From Eledone cirrhosa (taxonomy: Eukaryota), in assembly GCA_964016885.1 (NCBI GenBank), contig OZ024744.1, forward strand, positions 14,508,001 to 14,572,000: a DNA stretch of 64,000 nucleotides. The letters run 5' to 3'. Shown piece after piece: positions 26,386-39,900 of the stretch (positions within the stretch are counted from its first letter, which is position 1; every line of letters begins with the position of its first letter). A program made the translations under genes and the position numbers. The notes beneath the pieces were generated by a model that was given only the letters and a program-made list of their open reading frames with translations, was not told where the DNA came from and ran no database searches.

Positions 26386-28455
26386 CACTAAGCCATGTGC
26401 CTCCATTGCAAGGCCAATGCTCTAACCACTAAGCCATGTGCCTCCATTGCAAGGCCAATGCTCTAACCACTAAGCCATGTGCCTCCATTGCAAGGCCAAT
26501 GTTCTAACCACTAAGTCATGTGCCTCCATTGCAAGGCCAATGCTCTAACCACTAAGTCATGTGCCTCCATTGCAAGGCCAATGCTCTAACCACTAAACCA
26601 TCTGCCTCCATTGCAAGGCCAATGCTCTAACCACTAAGTCATGTGCCTCCATTGCAAGGCCAATGCTCTAACCACTAAGCCATGTGCCTCCATTGCAAGG
26701 CCAATACTCTAACCACTAAGTCATGTGCCTCCATTGCAAGGCCAATGCTCTAACCACTAAGTCATGTGCCTCCATTGCAAGGTCAATGCTCTAACCACTA
26801 AGTCATGTGCCTCCATTGCAAGGCCAATGCTCTAACCACTAAGTCATGTGCCTCCATTGCAAGGCCAATGCTCTAACCACTAAGTCATGTGCCTCCATTG
26901 CAAGGCCAATGCTCTAACCACTAAGTCATGCGCCTCCATTGCAAGGCCAATGCTCTAACCACTAAGCCATGTGCCTCGATTGCAAGGCCAATGCTCTAAC
27001 CACTAAGCCATGTGCCTCCATTGCAAGGCCAATGCTCTAACAACTAAGCCATGTGCCTCCATTGCAAGGCCAACGCTCTAACCACTAAGCCATGTGCCTC
27101 CATTGCAAGGCCAATGCTCTAACCACTAAGCCATGTGCCTCCATTGCAAGGCCAATGCTCTAACCACTAAGCCATGTGCCTCCATTGCAAGGCCAATGCT
27201 CTAACCACTAAGCCATGTGCTTCCATTCCAAGGCCAATGCTCTAACCACTAAGCCATGTGCCTCCATTGCAAGGCCAATGTTCTAACCACTAATTCATGT
27301 GCCTCCATTACAAGGCCAACGCTCTAACCACTAAGCCATGTGCCTCCATTGCAAGGCCAATGCTCTAACCACTAAGCCATGTGCCTCCATTGCAAGGCCA
27401 ATGCTCTAACCACTAAGCCATGTATCTCCATTGCAAGGACAATGCTCTAACCACTAAGTCATGTGCCTCCATTGCAAGGCCAATGCTCTAACCACTAAGC
27501 CATGTGCCTCCATTGCAAGGCCAATGCTCTAACCACTAAGCCATGTGCCTCCATTGCAAGGCCAATGCTCTAACCACTAAGCCATGTGCCTCCACTGCAA
27601 GGCCAATGCTCTAACCACTAAGTCATGTGCCTCCATTGCAAGGCCAATGCTCTAACCACTAAGTCATGTGCCTCCATTGCAAGGCCAATGCTCTAACCAC
27701 TAAGCCATGTGGCTCCATTGCAAGGCCAATGCTCTAACAACTAAGCCATGTGCCTCCATTGCAAAGCCAACGCTCTAACCACTAAGCCATGTGCCTCCAT
27801 TGCAAGGCCAATGCTCTAACCACTAAGCCATGTGCCTCCATTGCAAGGCCAATGCTCTAACCACTAAGCCATGTGCCTCCATTGCAAGGCCAATGCTCTA
27901 ACCACTAAGCCATGTGCCTCCATTGCAAGGCCAATGTTCTAACCACTAAGTCATGTGCCTCCATTGCAAGGCCAATGCTCTAACCACTAAGTCATGTGCC
28001 TCCATTGCAAGGCCAATGCTCTAACCACTAAACCATCTGCCTCCATTGCAAGGCCAATGCTCTAACCACTAAGTCATGTGCCTCCATTGCAAGGCCAATG
28101 CTCTAACCACTAAGCCATGTGCCTCCATTGCAAGGCCAATACTCTAACCACTAAGTCATGTGCCTCCATTGCAAGGCCAATGCTCTAACCACTAAGTCAT
28201 GTGCCTCCATTGCAAGGTCAATGCTCTAACCACTAAGTCATGTGCCTCCATTGCAAGGCCAATGCTCTAACCACTAAGTCATGTGCCTCCATTGCAAGGC
28301 CAATGCTCTAACCACTAAGTCATGTGCCTCCATTGCAAGGCCAATGCTCTAACCACTAAGTCATGCGCCTCCATTGCAAGGCCAATGCTCTAACCACTAA
28401 GCCATGTGCCTCGATTGCAAGGCCAATGCTCTAACCACTAAGCCATGTGCCTCCA
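25590..28455. repeat. Tandem duplication, 1435-bp unit (35 monomers)
   Basis: CATGTGCTTCCATTCC 25779/27214 and CCTCGATT 26978/28413, both at offset 1435. Confidence 0.85.
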
Positions 28456-31274
28456 TTGCAAGTCCAATTCTCTAACCACTAAGCCATGTGCCTCCATTGC
28501 AAGGCCAATGCTCTAACCACTAAGTCATGTGCCTCCATTGCAAGGCCAATGCTCTAACCACTAAGCCATGTGCCTCCACTGCAAGGCCAATGCTCTAACC
28601 ACTAAGTCATGTGCCTCCATTGCAAGGCCAATGCTCTAACCACTAAGTCATGTGCCTCCATTGCAAGGCCAATGCTCTAACCACTAAGCCATGTGCCTCC
28701 ATTGCAAGGCCAATGCTCTAACAACTAAGCCATGTGCCTCCATTGCAAAGCCAACGCTCTAACCACTAAGCCATGTGCCTCCATTGCAAGGCCAATGCTC
28801 TAACCACTAAGCCATGTGCCTCCATTGCAAGGCCAATGCTCTAACCACTAAGCCATGTGCCTCCATTGCAAGGCCAATGTTCTAACCACTAAGTCATGTG
28901 CCTCCATTGCAAGGCCAATGCTCTAACCACTAAGTCATGTGCCTCCATTGCAAGGCCAATGCTCTAACCACTAAACCATCTGCCTCCATTGCAAGGCCAA
29001 TGCTCTAACCACTAAGTCATGTGCCTCCATTGCAAGGCCAATGCTCTAACCACTAAGCCATGTGCCTCCATTGCAAGGCCAATACTCTAACCACTAAGTC
29101 ATGTGCCTCCATTGCAAGGCCAATGCTCTAACCACTAAGTCATGTGCCTCCATTGCAAGGTCAATGCTCTAACCACTAAGTCATGTGCCTCCATTGCAAG
29201 GCCAATGCTCTAACCACTAAGTTATGTGCCTCCATTGCAAGGCCAATGCTCTAACCACTAAGTCATGTGCCTCCATTGCAAGGCCAATGCTCTAACCACT
29301 AAGTCATGCGCCTCCATTGCAAGGCCAATGCTCTAACCACTAAGCCATGTACCTCGATTGCAAGGCCAATGCTCTAACCACTAAGCCATGTGCCTCCATT
29401 GCAAGGCCAATTCTCTAACCACTAAGCCATGTGCCTCCATTGCAAGGCCAATGCTCTAACCACTAAGTCATGTGCCTCCATTGCAAGGCCAATGCTCTAA
29501 CCACTAAACCATCTGCCTCCATTGCAAGGCCAATGCTCTAATCACTAAGCCATGTGCCTCCATTGCAAGGCCAATGCTCCAACCACTAAGTCATGTGCCT
29601 CCATTGCAAGGCCAATGCTCTAACCACTAAACCATCTGCCTCCATTGCAAGGCCAATGCTCTAACCACTAAGCCATGTGCCTCCATTGCAAGGCCAATGC
29701 TCTAACCACTAAGCCATGTTCCTCCATTGCAAGGCCAATGCTCTAACCACTAAGTCATGTTCCTCCATTGCAAATCCAATGCTCTAACCACTAAGCCATG
29801 TGCCTCCATTGCAAGGCCAATGCTCTAACCACTAAGCCATGTGCCACCATTGCAAGGTCAATGCTCTAAACACTAAGCCATGTGCCACCATTGCAAGGCC
29901 AATGCTCTAACCACTAAACCATCTGCCTCCGTTGCAAGGCCAATGCTCTAACCATTAAGCCATCTGCCTCCATTGCAAGGCCAATGCTCTAACCACTAAG
30001 CCATGTGCCTCCATTGCAAGGCCAATGCTCTAACCAATAAGCCAAGTGCCTCCATTGCAAGGCCAATACTCTAACCACTAAGCCATGTGCCTCCATTGCA
30101 AGGCCAATGCACTAACCAATAAGCCATGTGCCTCCATTGCAAGGCCAATGCTCTAACCACTAAGCAATGTGTCTCCATTGCAAGGCCAATGCTCTAACCA
30201 CTAAGCCATGTTCCTCCTTTGCAAGGACAATGCTCTAACCACTAAGTCATGTTCCTCCATTGCAAAGCTAATGCTCTAACCACTAAGCCATGTGCCCCCA
30301 TTGCAAGGCCAATGCTCTAACCACTAAGCCATGTGCCACCATTGCAAGGCCAATGCTCTAACCACTAAACCATCTGCCTCCGTTGCAAGGCCAATGCTCT
30401 AACCACTATGCCATCTGCCTCCATTGCAAGGCCAATGCTCTAACCACTAAGCCATGTGCCTCCATTGCAAGGCGAATGCTCTAACCAATAAGCCATGTGC
30501 CTCCATTGCAAGGCCAATGTTCTAACCACTAAGTCATGTGCCTCCATTGCAAGGCAAATGCTCTAACCAATAAGTCATGTGCCTCCATTGCAAGGCCAAT
30601 GCTCTAACCACTAAGACATATGCCTCCATTGCAAGGCCAATACTCTAACCACTAAGTCATGTGCCTCCATTGCAAGGTCAATGCTCTAACCACTAAGACA
30701 TATGCCTCCATTGCAAGGCCAATGCTCTAACCACTAAGTCATGTGCCTCCATGGCAAGGTCAATGCTCTAACCACTAAGTCATGTGCCTCCATTGCAAGG
30801 CCAATGCTCTAACCACTAAGTCATGTGCCTACATTGCAAGGCCAATGCTCTAACCACTAAGTCATGTGCCTCCATTGCAAGGCCAATGCTCTAACCACTA
30901 AGTCATGCGCCTCCATTGCAAGGCCAATGCTCTAACCACTAAGCCATGTGCCTCCATTGCAAGGCCAATGCTCTAACCACTAAGCCATGTGCCTCCATTG
31001 CAAGGCCAATTCTCTAACCACTAAGCCATGTGCCTCCATTGCAAGGCCAATGCTCTAACCACTAAGTCATGTGCCTCCATTGCAAGGCCAATGCTCTAAC
31101 CACTAAGCCATGTGCCTCCATTGCAAGGCCAATGCTCTAACCACTAAGTCATGTGCCTCCATTGCAAGGCCAATGCTCTAACCACTAAACCATCTGCCTC
31201 CATTGCAAGGCCAATGCTCTAACCACTAAGTCATGTGCCCCCCATTGCAAGGCCAATGCTCTAACCACTAAGCC

Positions 31275-34200
31275 ATGTGCCTCCATTGTAAGGCCAATGC
31301 TCTAACCACTAAGCCATATTCCTCCATTGCAAGGCCAATGCTCTAACCACTAAGTCATGTTCCTCCATTGCAAATCCAATGCTCTAACCACTAAGCCATG
31401 TGCCTCCATTGCAAGGCCAATGCTCTAACCACTAAGCCATGTGCCACCATTGCAAGGCCAATGCTCTAACCACTATGTCATGTGCCACCATTGCAAGGCC
31501 AATGCTCTAACCACTAAACCATCTGCCTCCGTTGCAAGGCCAATGCTCTAACCACTAAGCCATCTGCCTCCATTGCAAGGCCAATGCTCTAACCACTAAG
31601 CCATGTGCCTCCATTGCAAGGCCAATGCTCTAACCACTAAGCCATGTGCCTCCACTGCAAGGCCAATGCTCTAACCACTAAGTCATGTGCCTCCATTGCA
31701 AGGCCAATGCTCTAACCACTAAGTCATGTGCCTCCATTGCAAGGCCAATGCTCTAACCACTAAGCCCTGTGCCTCCATTGCAAGGCCAATGCTCTAACAA
31801 CTAAGCCATGTGCCTCCATTGCAAGGCCAACGCTCTAACCACTAAGCCATGTGCCTCCATTGCAAGGCCAATGCTCTAACCACTAAGCCATGTGCCTCCA
31901 TTGCAAGGCCAATGCTCTAACCACTAAGCCATGTGCCTCCATTGCAAGGCCAATGCTCTAACCACTAAGCCATGTGCTTCCATTGCAAGGCCAATGCTCT
32001 AACCACTAAGCCATGTGCCTCCATTGCAAGGCCAATGTTCTAACCACTAAGTCACGTGCCTCCATTGCAAGGCCAACGCTCTAACCACTAAGCCATGTGC
32101 CTCCATTGCAAGGCCAATGCTCTAACCACTAAGCCATGTGCCTCCATTGCAAGGCCAATGCTCTAACCACTAAGCCATGTATCTCCATTGCAAGGACAAT
32201 GCTCTAACCACTAAGCCATGTGCCTCCATTGCAAGGCCAATGCTCTAACCACTAAGTCATGTGCCTCCATTGCAAGGCCAATGCTCTAACCACTAAGCCA
32301 TGTGCCTCCATTGCAAGGCCAATGCTCTAACCACTAAGCCATGTGCCTCCACTGCAAGGCCAATGCTCTAACCACTAAGTCATGTGCTTCCATTGCAAGG
32401 CCAATGCTCTAACCACTAAGTCATGTGCCTCCATTGCAAGGCCAATGCTCTAACCACTAAGCCATCTGCCTCCATTGCAAGGCCAATGCTCTAACCACTA
32501 AGTCATGTGCCTCCATTGCAAGGCGAATGCTCTAACCAATAAGCCATGTGCCTCCATTGCAAGGCCAATGTTCTAACCACTAAGTAATGTGCCTCCATTG
32601 CAAGGCCAATGCTCTAACCACTAAGTCATGTGCCTCCATTGCAAGGCCAATGCTCTAACCACTAAGTCATGTGCCTCCATTGCAAGGCCAATGCTCTAAC
32701 CACTAAGTCATGTGCCTACATTGCAAGGCCAATGCTCTAACCACTAAGTCATGTGCCTCCATTGCAAGGCCAATGCTCTAACCACTAAGCCATGTGCTTC
32801 CATTGCAAGGCCAATGCTCTAACCACTAAGCCATGTGCCTCCATTGCAAGGCCAATTCTCTAACCACTAAGCCATGTGCCTCCATTTCAAGGCCAATGCT
32901 CTAACCACTAAGTCATGTGCCTCCATTGCAAGCTCAATGCTCTAACCACTAAACCATCTGCCTCCATTGCAAGGCCAATGCTCTAACCACTAAGCCATGT
33001 GCCTCCATTGCAAGGCCAATGCTCTAACCACTAAGTCATGTGCCTCCATTGCAAGGCAATGCTCTAACCACTAAACCATCTGCCTCCATTGCAAGGCCAC
33101 TGCTCTAACCACTAAGTCATGTGCCCCCCATTGCAAGGCCAATGCTCTAACCACTAAGCCATGTGCCTCCATTGCAAGGCCAATGCTCTAACCACTAAGC
33201 CATGTGCCACCATTGCAAGGCCAATGCTCTAACCACTAAGCCATGTGCCACCATTGCAAGGCCAATGCTCTAACCACTATGTCATGTGCCACCATTGCAA
33301 GGCCAATGCTCTAACCACTAAACCATCTGCCTCCGTTGCAAGGCCAATGCTCTAACCACTAAGCCATCTGCCTCCATTGCAAGGCCAATGCTCTAACCAC
33401 TAAGCCATGTGCCTCCATTGCAAGGCAAATGCTCTAACCACTAAGCCATGTGCCTCCATTGCAAGGCCAATGCTCTAACCACTAAGCCATGTGCCACCAT
33501 TGCAAGGCCAATGCTCTAACCACTATGTCATGTGCCACCATTGCAAGGGCAATGCTCTAACCACTAAACCATCTGCCTCCGTTGCAAGGCCAATGCTCTA
33601 ACCATTAAGCCATCTGCCTCCATTGCAAGGCCAATGCTCTAACCACTAAGCCATGTGCCTCCATTGCAAGGCCAATGCTCTAACCAATAAGCCAAGTGCC
33701 TCCATTCCAAGGCCAATACTCTAACCACTAAGCCATGTGCCTCCATTGCAAGGCCAATGCACGAACCAATAAGCCATGTGCCTCCATTGCAAGGCCAATG
33801 CTCTAACCACTAAGCCATGTGCCTCCATTGCAAGGCCAATGCTCTAACCAATAAGCCAAGTGCCTCCATTCCAAGGCCAATACTCTAACCACTAAGCCAT
33901 GTGCCTCCATTGCAAGGCCAATGCACGAACCAATAAGCCATGTGCCTCCATTGTAAGGCCAATGCTCTAACCACTAAGCCATATTCCTCCATTGCAAGGC
34001 CAATGCTCTAACCACTAAGTCATGTTCCTCCATTGCAAATCCAATGCTCTAACCACTAAGCCATGTGCCTCCATTGCAAGGCCAATGCTCTAACCACTAA
34101 GCCATGTGCCACCATTGCAAGGCCAATGCTCTAACCACTATGTCATGTGCCACCATTGCAAGGCCAATGCTCTAACCACTAAACCATCTGCCTCCGTTGC

Positions 34201-36505
34201 AAGGCCAATGCTCTAACCACTAAGCCATCTGCCTCCATTGCAAGGCCAATGCTCTAACCACTAAGCCATGTGCCTCCATTGCAAGGCCAATGCTCTAACC
34301 ACTAAGCCATGTGCCTCCACTGCAAGGCCAATGCTCTAACCACTAAGTCATGTGCCTCCATTGCAAGGCCAATGCTCTAACCACTAAGTCATGTGCCTCC
34401 ATTGCAAGGCCAATGCTCTAACCACTAAGCCCTGTGCCTCCATTGCAAGGCCAATGCTCTAACAACTAAGCCATGTGCCTCCATTGCAAGGCCAACGCTC
34501 TAACCACTAAGCCATGTGCCTCCATTGCAAGGCCAATGCTCTAACCACTAAGCCATGTGCCTCCATTGCAAGGCCAATGCTCTAACCACTAAGCCATGTG
34601 CCTCCATTGCAAGGCCAATGCTCTAACCACTAAGCCATGTGCTTCCATTGCAAGGCCAATGCTCTAACCACTAAGCCATGTGCCTCCATTGCAAGGCCAA
34701 TGTTCTAACCACTAAGTCACGTGCCTCCATTGCAAGGCCAACGCTCTAACCACTAAGCCATGTGCCTCCATTGCAAGGCCAATGCTCTAACCACTAAGCC
34801 ATGTGCCTCCATTGCAAGGCCAATGCTCTAACCACTAAGCCATGTATCTCCATTGCAAGGACAATGCTCTAACCACTAAGCCATGTGCCTCCATTGCAAG
34901 GCCAATGCTCTAACCACTAAGTCATGTGCCTCCATTGCAAGGCCAATGCTCTAACCACTAAGCCATGTGCCTCCATTGCAAGGCCAATGCTCTAACCACT
35001 AAGCCATGTGCCTCCACTGCAAGGCCAATGCTCTAACCACTAAGTCATGTGCTTCCATTGCAAGGCCAATGCTCTAACCACTAAGTCATGTGCCTCCATT
35101 GCAAGGCCAATGCTCTAACCACTAAGCCATCTGCCTCCATTGCAAGGCCAATGCTCTAACCACTAAGTCATGTGCCTCCATTGCAAGGCGAATGCTCTAA
35201 CCAATAAGCCATGTGCCTCCATTGCAAGGCCAATGTTCTAACCACTAAGTAATGTGCCTCCATTGCAAGGCCAATGCTCTAACCACTAAGTCATGTGCCT
35301 CCATTGCAAGGCCAATGCTCTAACCACTAAGTCATGTGCCTCCATTGCAAGGCCAATGCTCTAACCACTAAGTCATGTGCCTACATTGCAAGGCCAATGC
35401 TCTAACCACTAAGTCATGTGCCTCCATTGCAAGGCCAATGCTCTAACCACTAAGCCATGTGCTTCCATTGCAAGGCCAATGCTCTAACCACTAAGCCATG
35501 TGCCTCCATTGCAAGGCCAATTCTCTAACCACTAAGCCATGTGCCTCCATTTCAAGGCCAATGCTCTAACCACTAAGTCATGTGCCTCCATTGCAAGCTC
35601 AATGCTCTAACCACTAAACCATCTGCCTCCATTGCAAGGCCAATGCTCTAACCACTAAGCCATGTGCCTCCATTGCAAGGCCAATGCTCTAACCACTAAG
35701 TCATGTGCCTCCATTGCAAGGCAATGCTCTAACCACTAAACCATCTGCCTCCATTGCAAGGCCACTGCTCTAACCACTAAGTCATGTGCCCCCCATTGCA
35801 AGGCCAATGCTCTAACCACTAAGCCATGTGCCTCCATTGCAAGGCCAATGCTCTAACCACTAAGCCATGTGCCACCATTGCAAGGCCAATGCTCTAACCA
35901 CTAAGCCATGTGCCACCATTGCAAGGCCAATGCTCTAACCACTATGTCATGTGCCACCATTGCAAGGCCAATGCTCTAACCACTAAACCATCTGCCTCCG
36001 TTGCAAGGCCAATGCTCTAACCACTAAGCCATCTGCCTCCATTGCAAGGCCAATGCTCTAACCACTAAGCCATGTGCCTCCATTGCAAGGCAAATGCTCT
36101 AACCACTAAGCCATGTGCCTCCATTGCAAGGCCAATGCTCTAACCACTAAGCCATGTGCCACCATTGCAAGGCCAATGCTCTAACCACTATGTCATGTGC
36201 CACCATTGCAAGGGCAATGCTCTAACCACTAAACCATCTGCCTCCGTTGCAAGGCCAATGCTCTAACCATTAAGCCATCTGCCTCCATTGCAAGGCCAAT
36301 GCTCTAACCACTAAGCCATGTGCCTCCATTGCAAGGCCAATGCTCTAACCAATAAGCCAAGTGCCTCCATTCCAAGGCCAATACTCTAACCACTAAGCCA
36401 TGTGCCTCCATTGCAAGGCCAATGCACGAACCAATAAGCCATGTGCCTCCATTGCAAGGCCAATGCTCTAACCACTAAGCCATGTGCCTCCATTGCAAGG
36501 CCAAT
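31275..36505. repeat. Tandem duplication, 2665-bp unit (65 monomers)
   Basis: TTGTAAGG 31289/33954, 6-C monomer 33124/35789 and GCACGAACC 33761/36426, all at offset 2665. Confidence 0.88.
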
Positions 36506-36999
36506 GCTCTAACCACTAAGCCATGTTCCTCCATTGCAAGGACAATGCTCTAACCACTAAGTCATGTTCCTCCATTGCAAAGCCAATGCTCTAACCACTA
36601 AGCCATGTGCCCCCATTGCAAGGCCAATGCTCTAACCACTAAGCCATGTGCCACCATTGCAAGGCCAATGCTCTAACCACTAAACCATCTGCCTCCGTTG
36701 CAAGGCCAATGCTCTAACCACTAAGCCATCTGCCTCCATTGCAAGGCCAATGCTCTAACCACTAAGTCATGTGCCTCCATTGCAAGGCGAATGCTCTAAC
36801 CAATAAGCCATGTGCCTCCATTGCAAGGCCAATGTTCTAACCACTAAGTAATGTGCCTCCATTGCAAGGCCAATGCTCTAACCACTAAGTCATGTGGCTC
36901 CATTGCAAGGCCAATGCTCTAACCACTAAGTCATGTGCCTCCATTGCAAGGCCAATGCTCTAACCACTAAGACATATGCCTCCATTGCAAGGTCAATAC

Positions 37000-39900
37000 T
37001 CTAACCACTAAGTCATGTTCCTCCAATGCAAGGCCAATGCTCTAACCACTAAGTCATGTGCCTCCATTGCAAGGTCAATGCTCTAACCACTAAGTCATGT
37101 GCCTCCATTGCAAGGCCAATGCTCTAACCACTAAGTCATGTGCCTACATTGCAAGGCCAATGCTCTAACCACTAAGTCATGTGCCTCCATTGCAAGGCCA
37201 ATGCTCTAACCACTAAGCCATGTGCCTCCATTGCAAGGCCAATGCTCTAACCACTAAGCCATGTGCCTCCATTGCAAGGCCGATTCTCTAACCACTAAGC
37301 CATGTGCCTCCATTGCAAGGCCAATGCTCTAACCACTAAGTCATGTGCCTCCATTGCAAGCTCAATGCTCTAACCACTAAACCATCTGCCTCCATTGCAA
37401 GGCCAATGCTCTAACAATTAAGCCATGTGCCTCCATTGCAAGGCCAATGCTCTAACCACTAAGTCATGTGCCTCCATTGCAAGGCCAATGCTCTAACCAC
37501 TAAACCATCTGCCTCCATTGCAAGGCCAATGCTCTAACCACTAAGTCATGTGCCCCCCATTGCAAGGCCAATGCTCTAACCACTAAGCCATGTGCCTCCA
37601 TTGCAAGGCCAATGCTCTAACCACTAAGCCATGTGCCACCATTGCAAGGCCAATGCTCTAACCACTAAGCCATGTGCCACCATTGCAAGGCCAATGCTCT
37701 AACCACTATGTCATGTGCCACCATTGCAAGGCCAATGCTCTAACCACTAAACCATCTGCCTCCGTTGCAAGGCCAATGCTCTAACCACTAAGCCATCTGC
37801 CTCCATTGCAAGGCCAATGCTCTAACCACTAAGCCATGTGCCTCCATTGCAAGGCCAATGCTCTAACCACTAAGCCATGTGCCTCCATTGCAAGGCCAAT
37901 GCTCTAACCACTAAGCCATGTGCCACCATTGCAAGGCCAATGCTCTAACCACTATGTCATGTGCCACCATTGCAAGGCCAATGCTCTAACCACTAAACCA
38001 TCTGCCTCCGTTGCAAGGCCAATGCTCTAACCACTAAGCCATCTGCCTCCATTGCAAGGCCAATGCTCTAACCACTAAGCCATGTGCCTCCATTGCAAGG
38101 CCAATGCTCTAACCACTAAGCCATGTGCCTCCACTGCAAGGCCAATGCTCTAACCACTAAGTCATGTGCCTCCATTGCAAGGCCAATGCTCTAACCACTA
38201 AGTCATGTGCCTCCATTGCAAGGCCAATGCTCTAACCACTAAGCCATGTGCCTCCATTGCAAGGCCAATGCTCTAACAACTAAGCCATGCGCCTCCATTG
38301 CAAGGCCAACGCTCTAACCACTAAGCCATGTGCCTCCATTGCAAGGCCAATGCTCTAACCACTAAGCCATGTGCCTCCATTGCAAGGCCAATGCTCTAAC
38401 CACTAAGCCATGTGCCTCCATTGCAAGGCCAATGCTCTAACCACTAAGCCATGTGCCTCCATTGCAAGGCCAATGCTCTAACCACTAAGCCATGTATCTC
38501 CATTGCAAGGACAATGCTCTAACCACTAAGCCATGTGCCTCCATTGCAAGGCCAATGCTCTAACCACTAAGTCATGTGCCTCCATTGCAAGGCCAATGCT
38601 CTAACCACTAAGCCATGTGCCTCCATTGCAAGGCCAATGCTCTAACCACTAAGCAATGTGCCTCCATTGCAAGGCCAATGCTCTAACAACTAAGCCATGT
38701 GCCTCCATTGCAAGGCCAACGCTCTAACCACTAAGCCATGAGCCTCCATTGCAAGGCCAATGCTCTAACCACTAAGCCATGTGCCTCCATTGCAAGGCCA
38801 ATGCTCTAACCACTAAGCCATGTGCCTCCATTGCAAGGCCAATGCTCTAACCACTAAACCATCTGCCTCCATTGCAAGGCCAATGCTCTAACCACTAAGT
38901 CATGTCCCTCCATTGCAAGGCCAATGCTCTAACCACTAAGCCATGTGCCTCCATTGCAAGGCCAATGCTCCAACCACTAAGTCATGTGCCTCCATTGCAA
39001 GGCCAATGCTCTAACCACTAAACCATCTGCCTCCATTGCAAGGCCAATGCTCTAACCACTAAGTCATGTGCCTCCATTGCAAGGCCAATGCTCTAACCAC
39101 TAAGCCATGTGCCTCCATTGCAAGGCCAATGCTCTAACCACTGAGCCATGTTCCTCCATTGCAAGGCCAATGCTCTAACCACTAAGTCATGTTCCTCCAT
39201 TGCAAGGCCAATGCTCTAACCACTAAGCCATGTGGCTCCACTGCAAGGCCAATGCTCTAACCACTAAGTCATGTGCCTCCATTGCAAAGCCAATGCCCTA
39301 ACCACTAAGTCATGTGCCTCCATTGCAAGGCCAATGCTCTAACCACTAAACCATCTGCCTCCGTTGCAAGGCCAATGCTCTAACCACTAAGCCATGTGCC
39401 TCCATTGCAAGGACAATGCTCTAACCAATAAGCCATGTGCCTCCATTGCAAGGCCAATACTCTAACCACTAAGCCATGTGCCTCCATTGCAAGGCCAATG
39501 CTCTAACCAATAAGCCATGTGCCTCGATTGCAAGGCCAATGCTCTAACCACTAAGCCATGTGCCTCCATTGCAAGGCCAATGCTCTAACCACTAAGCCAT
39601 GTTCCTCCATTGCAAGGACAATGCTCTAACCAGTAAGTCATGTTTCTCCATTGCAAAGCCAATGCTCTAACCACTAAGCCATGTGCCCCCATTGCAAGGC
39701 CAATGCTCTAACCACTAAGCCATGTGCCACCATTGCAAGGCCAATGCTCTAACCACTAAACCATCTGCCTCCGTTGCAAGGCTAATGCTCTAACCACTAA
39801 GCCATCTGCCTCCATTGCAAGGCCAATGCTCTAACCACTAAGCCATGTGCCTGCATTGCAAGGCCAATGCTCTAACCAATAAGCCATGTGCCTCCATTGC

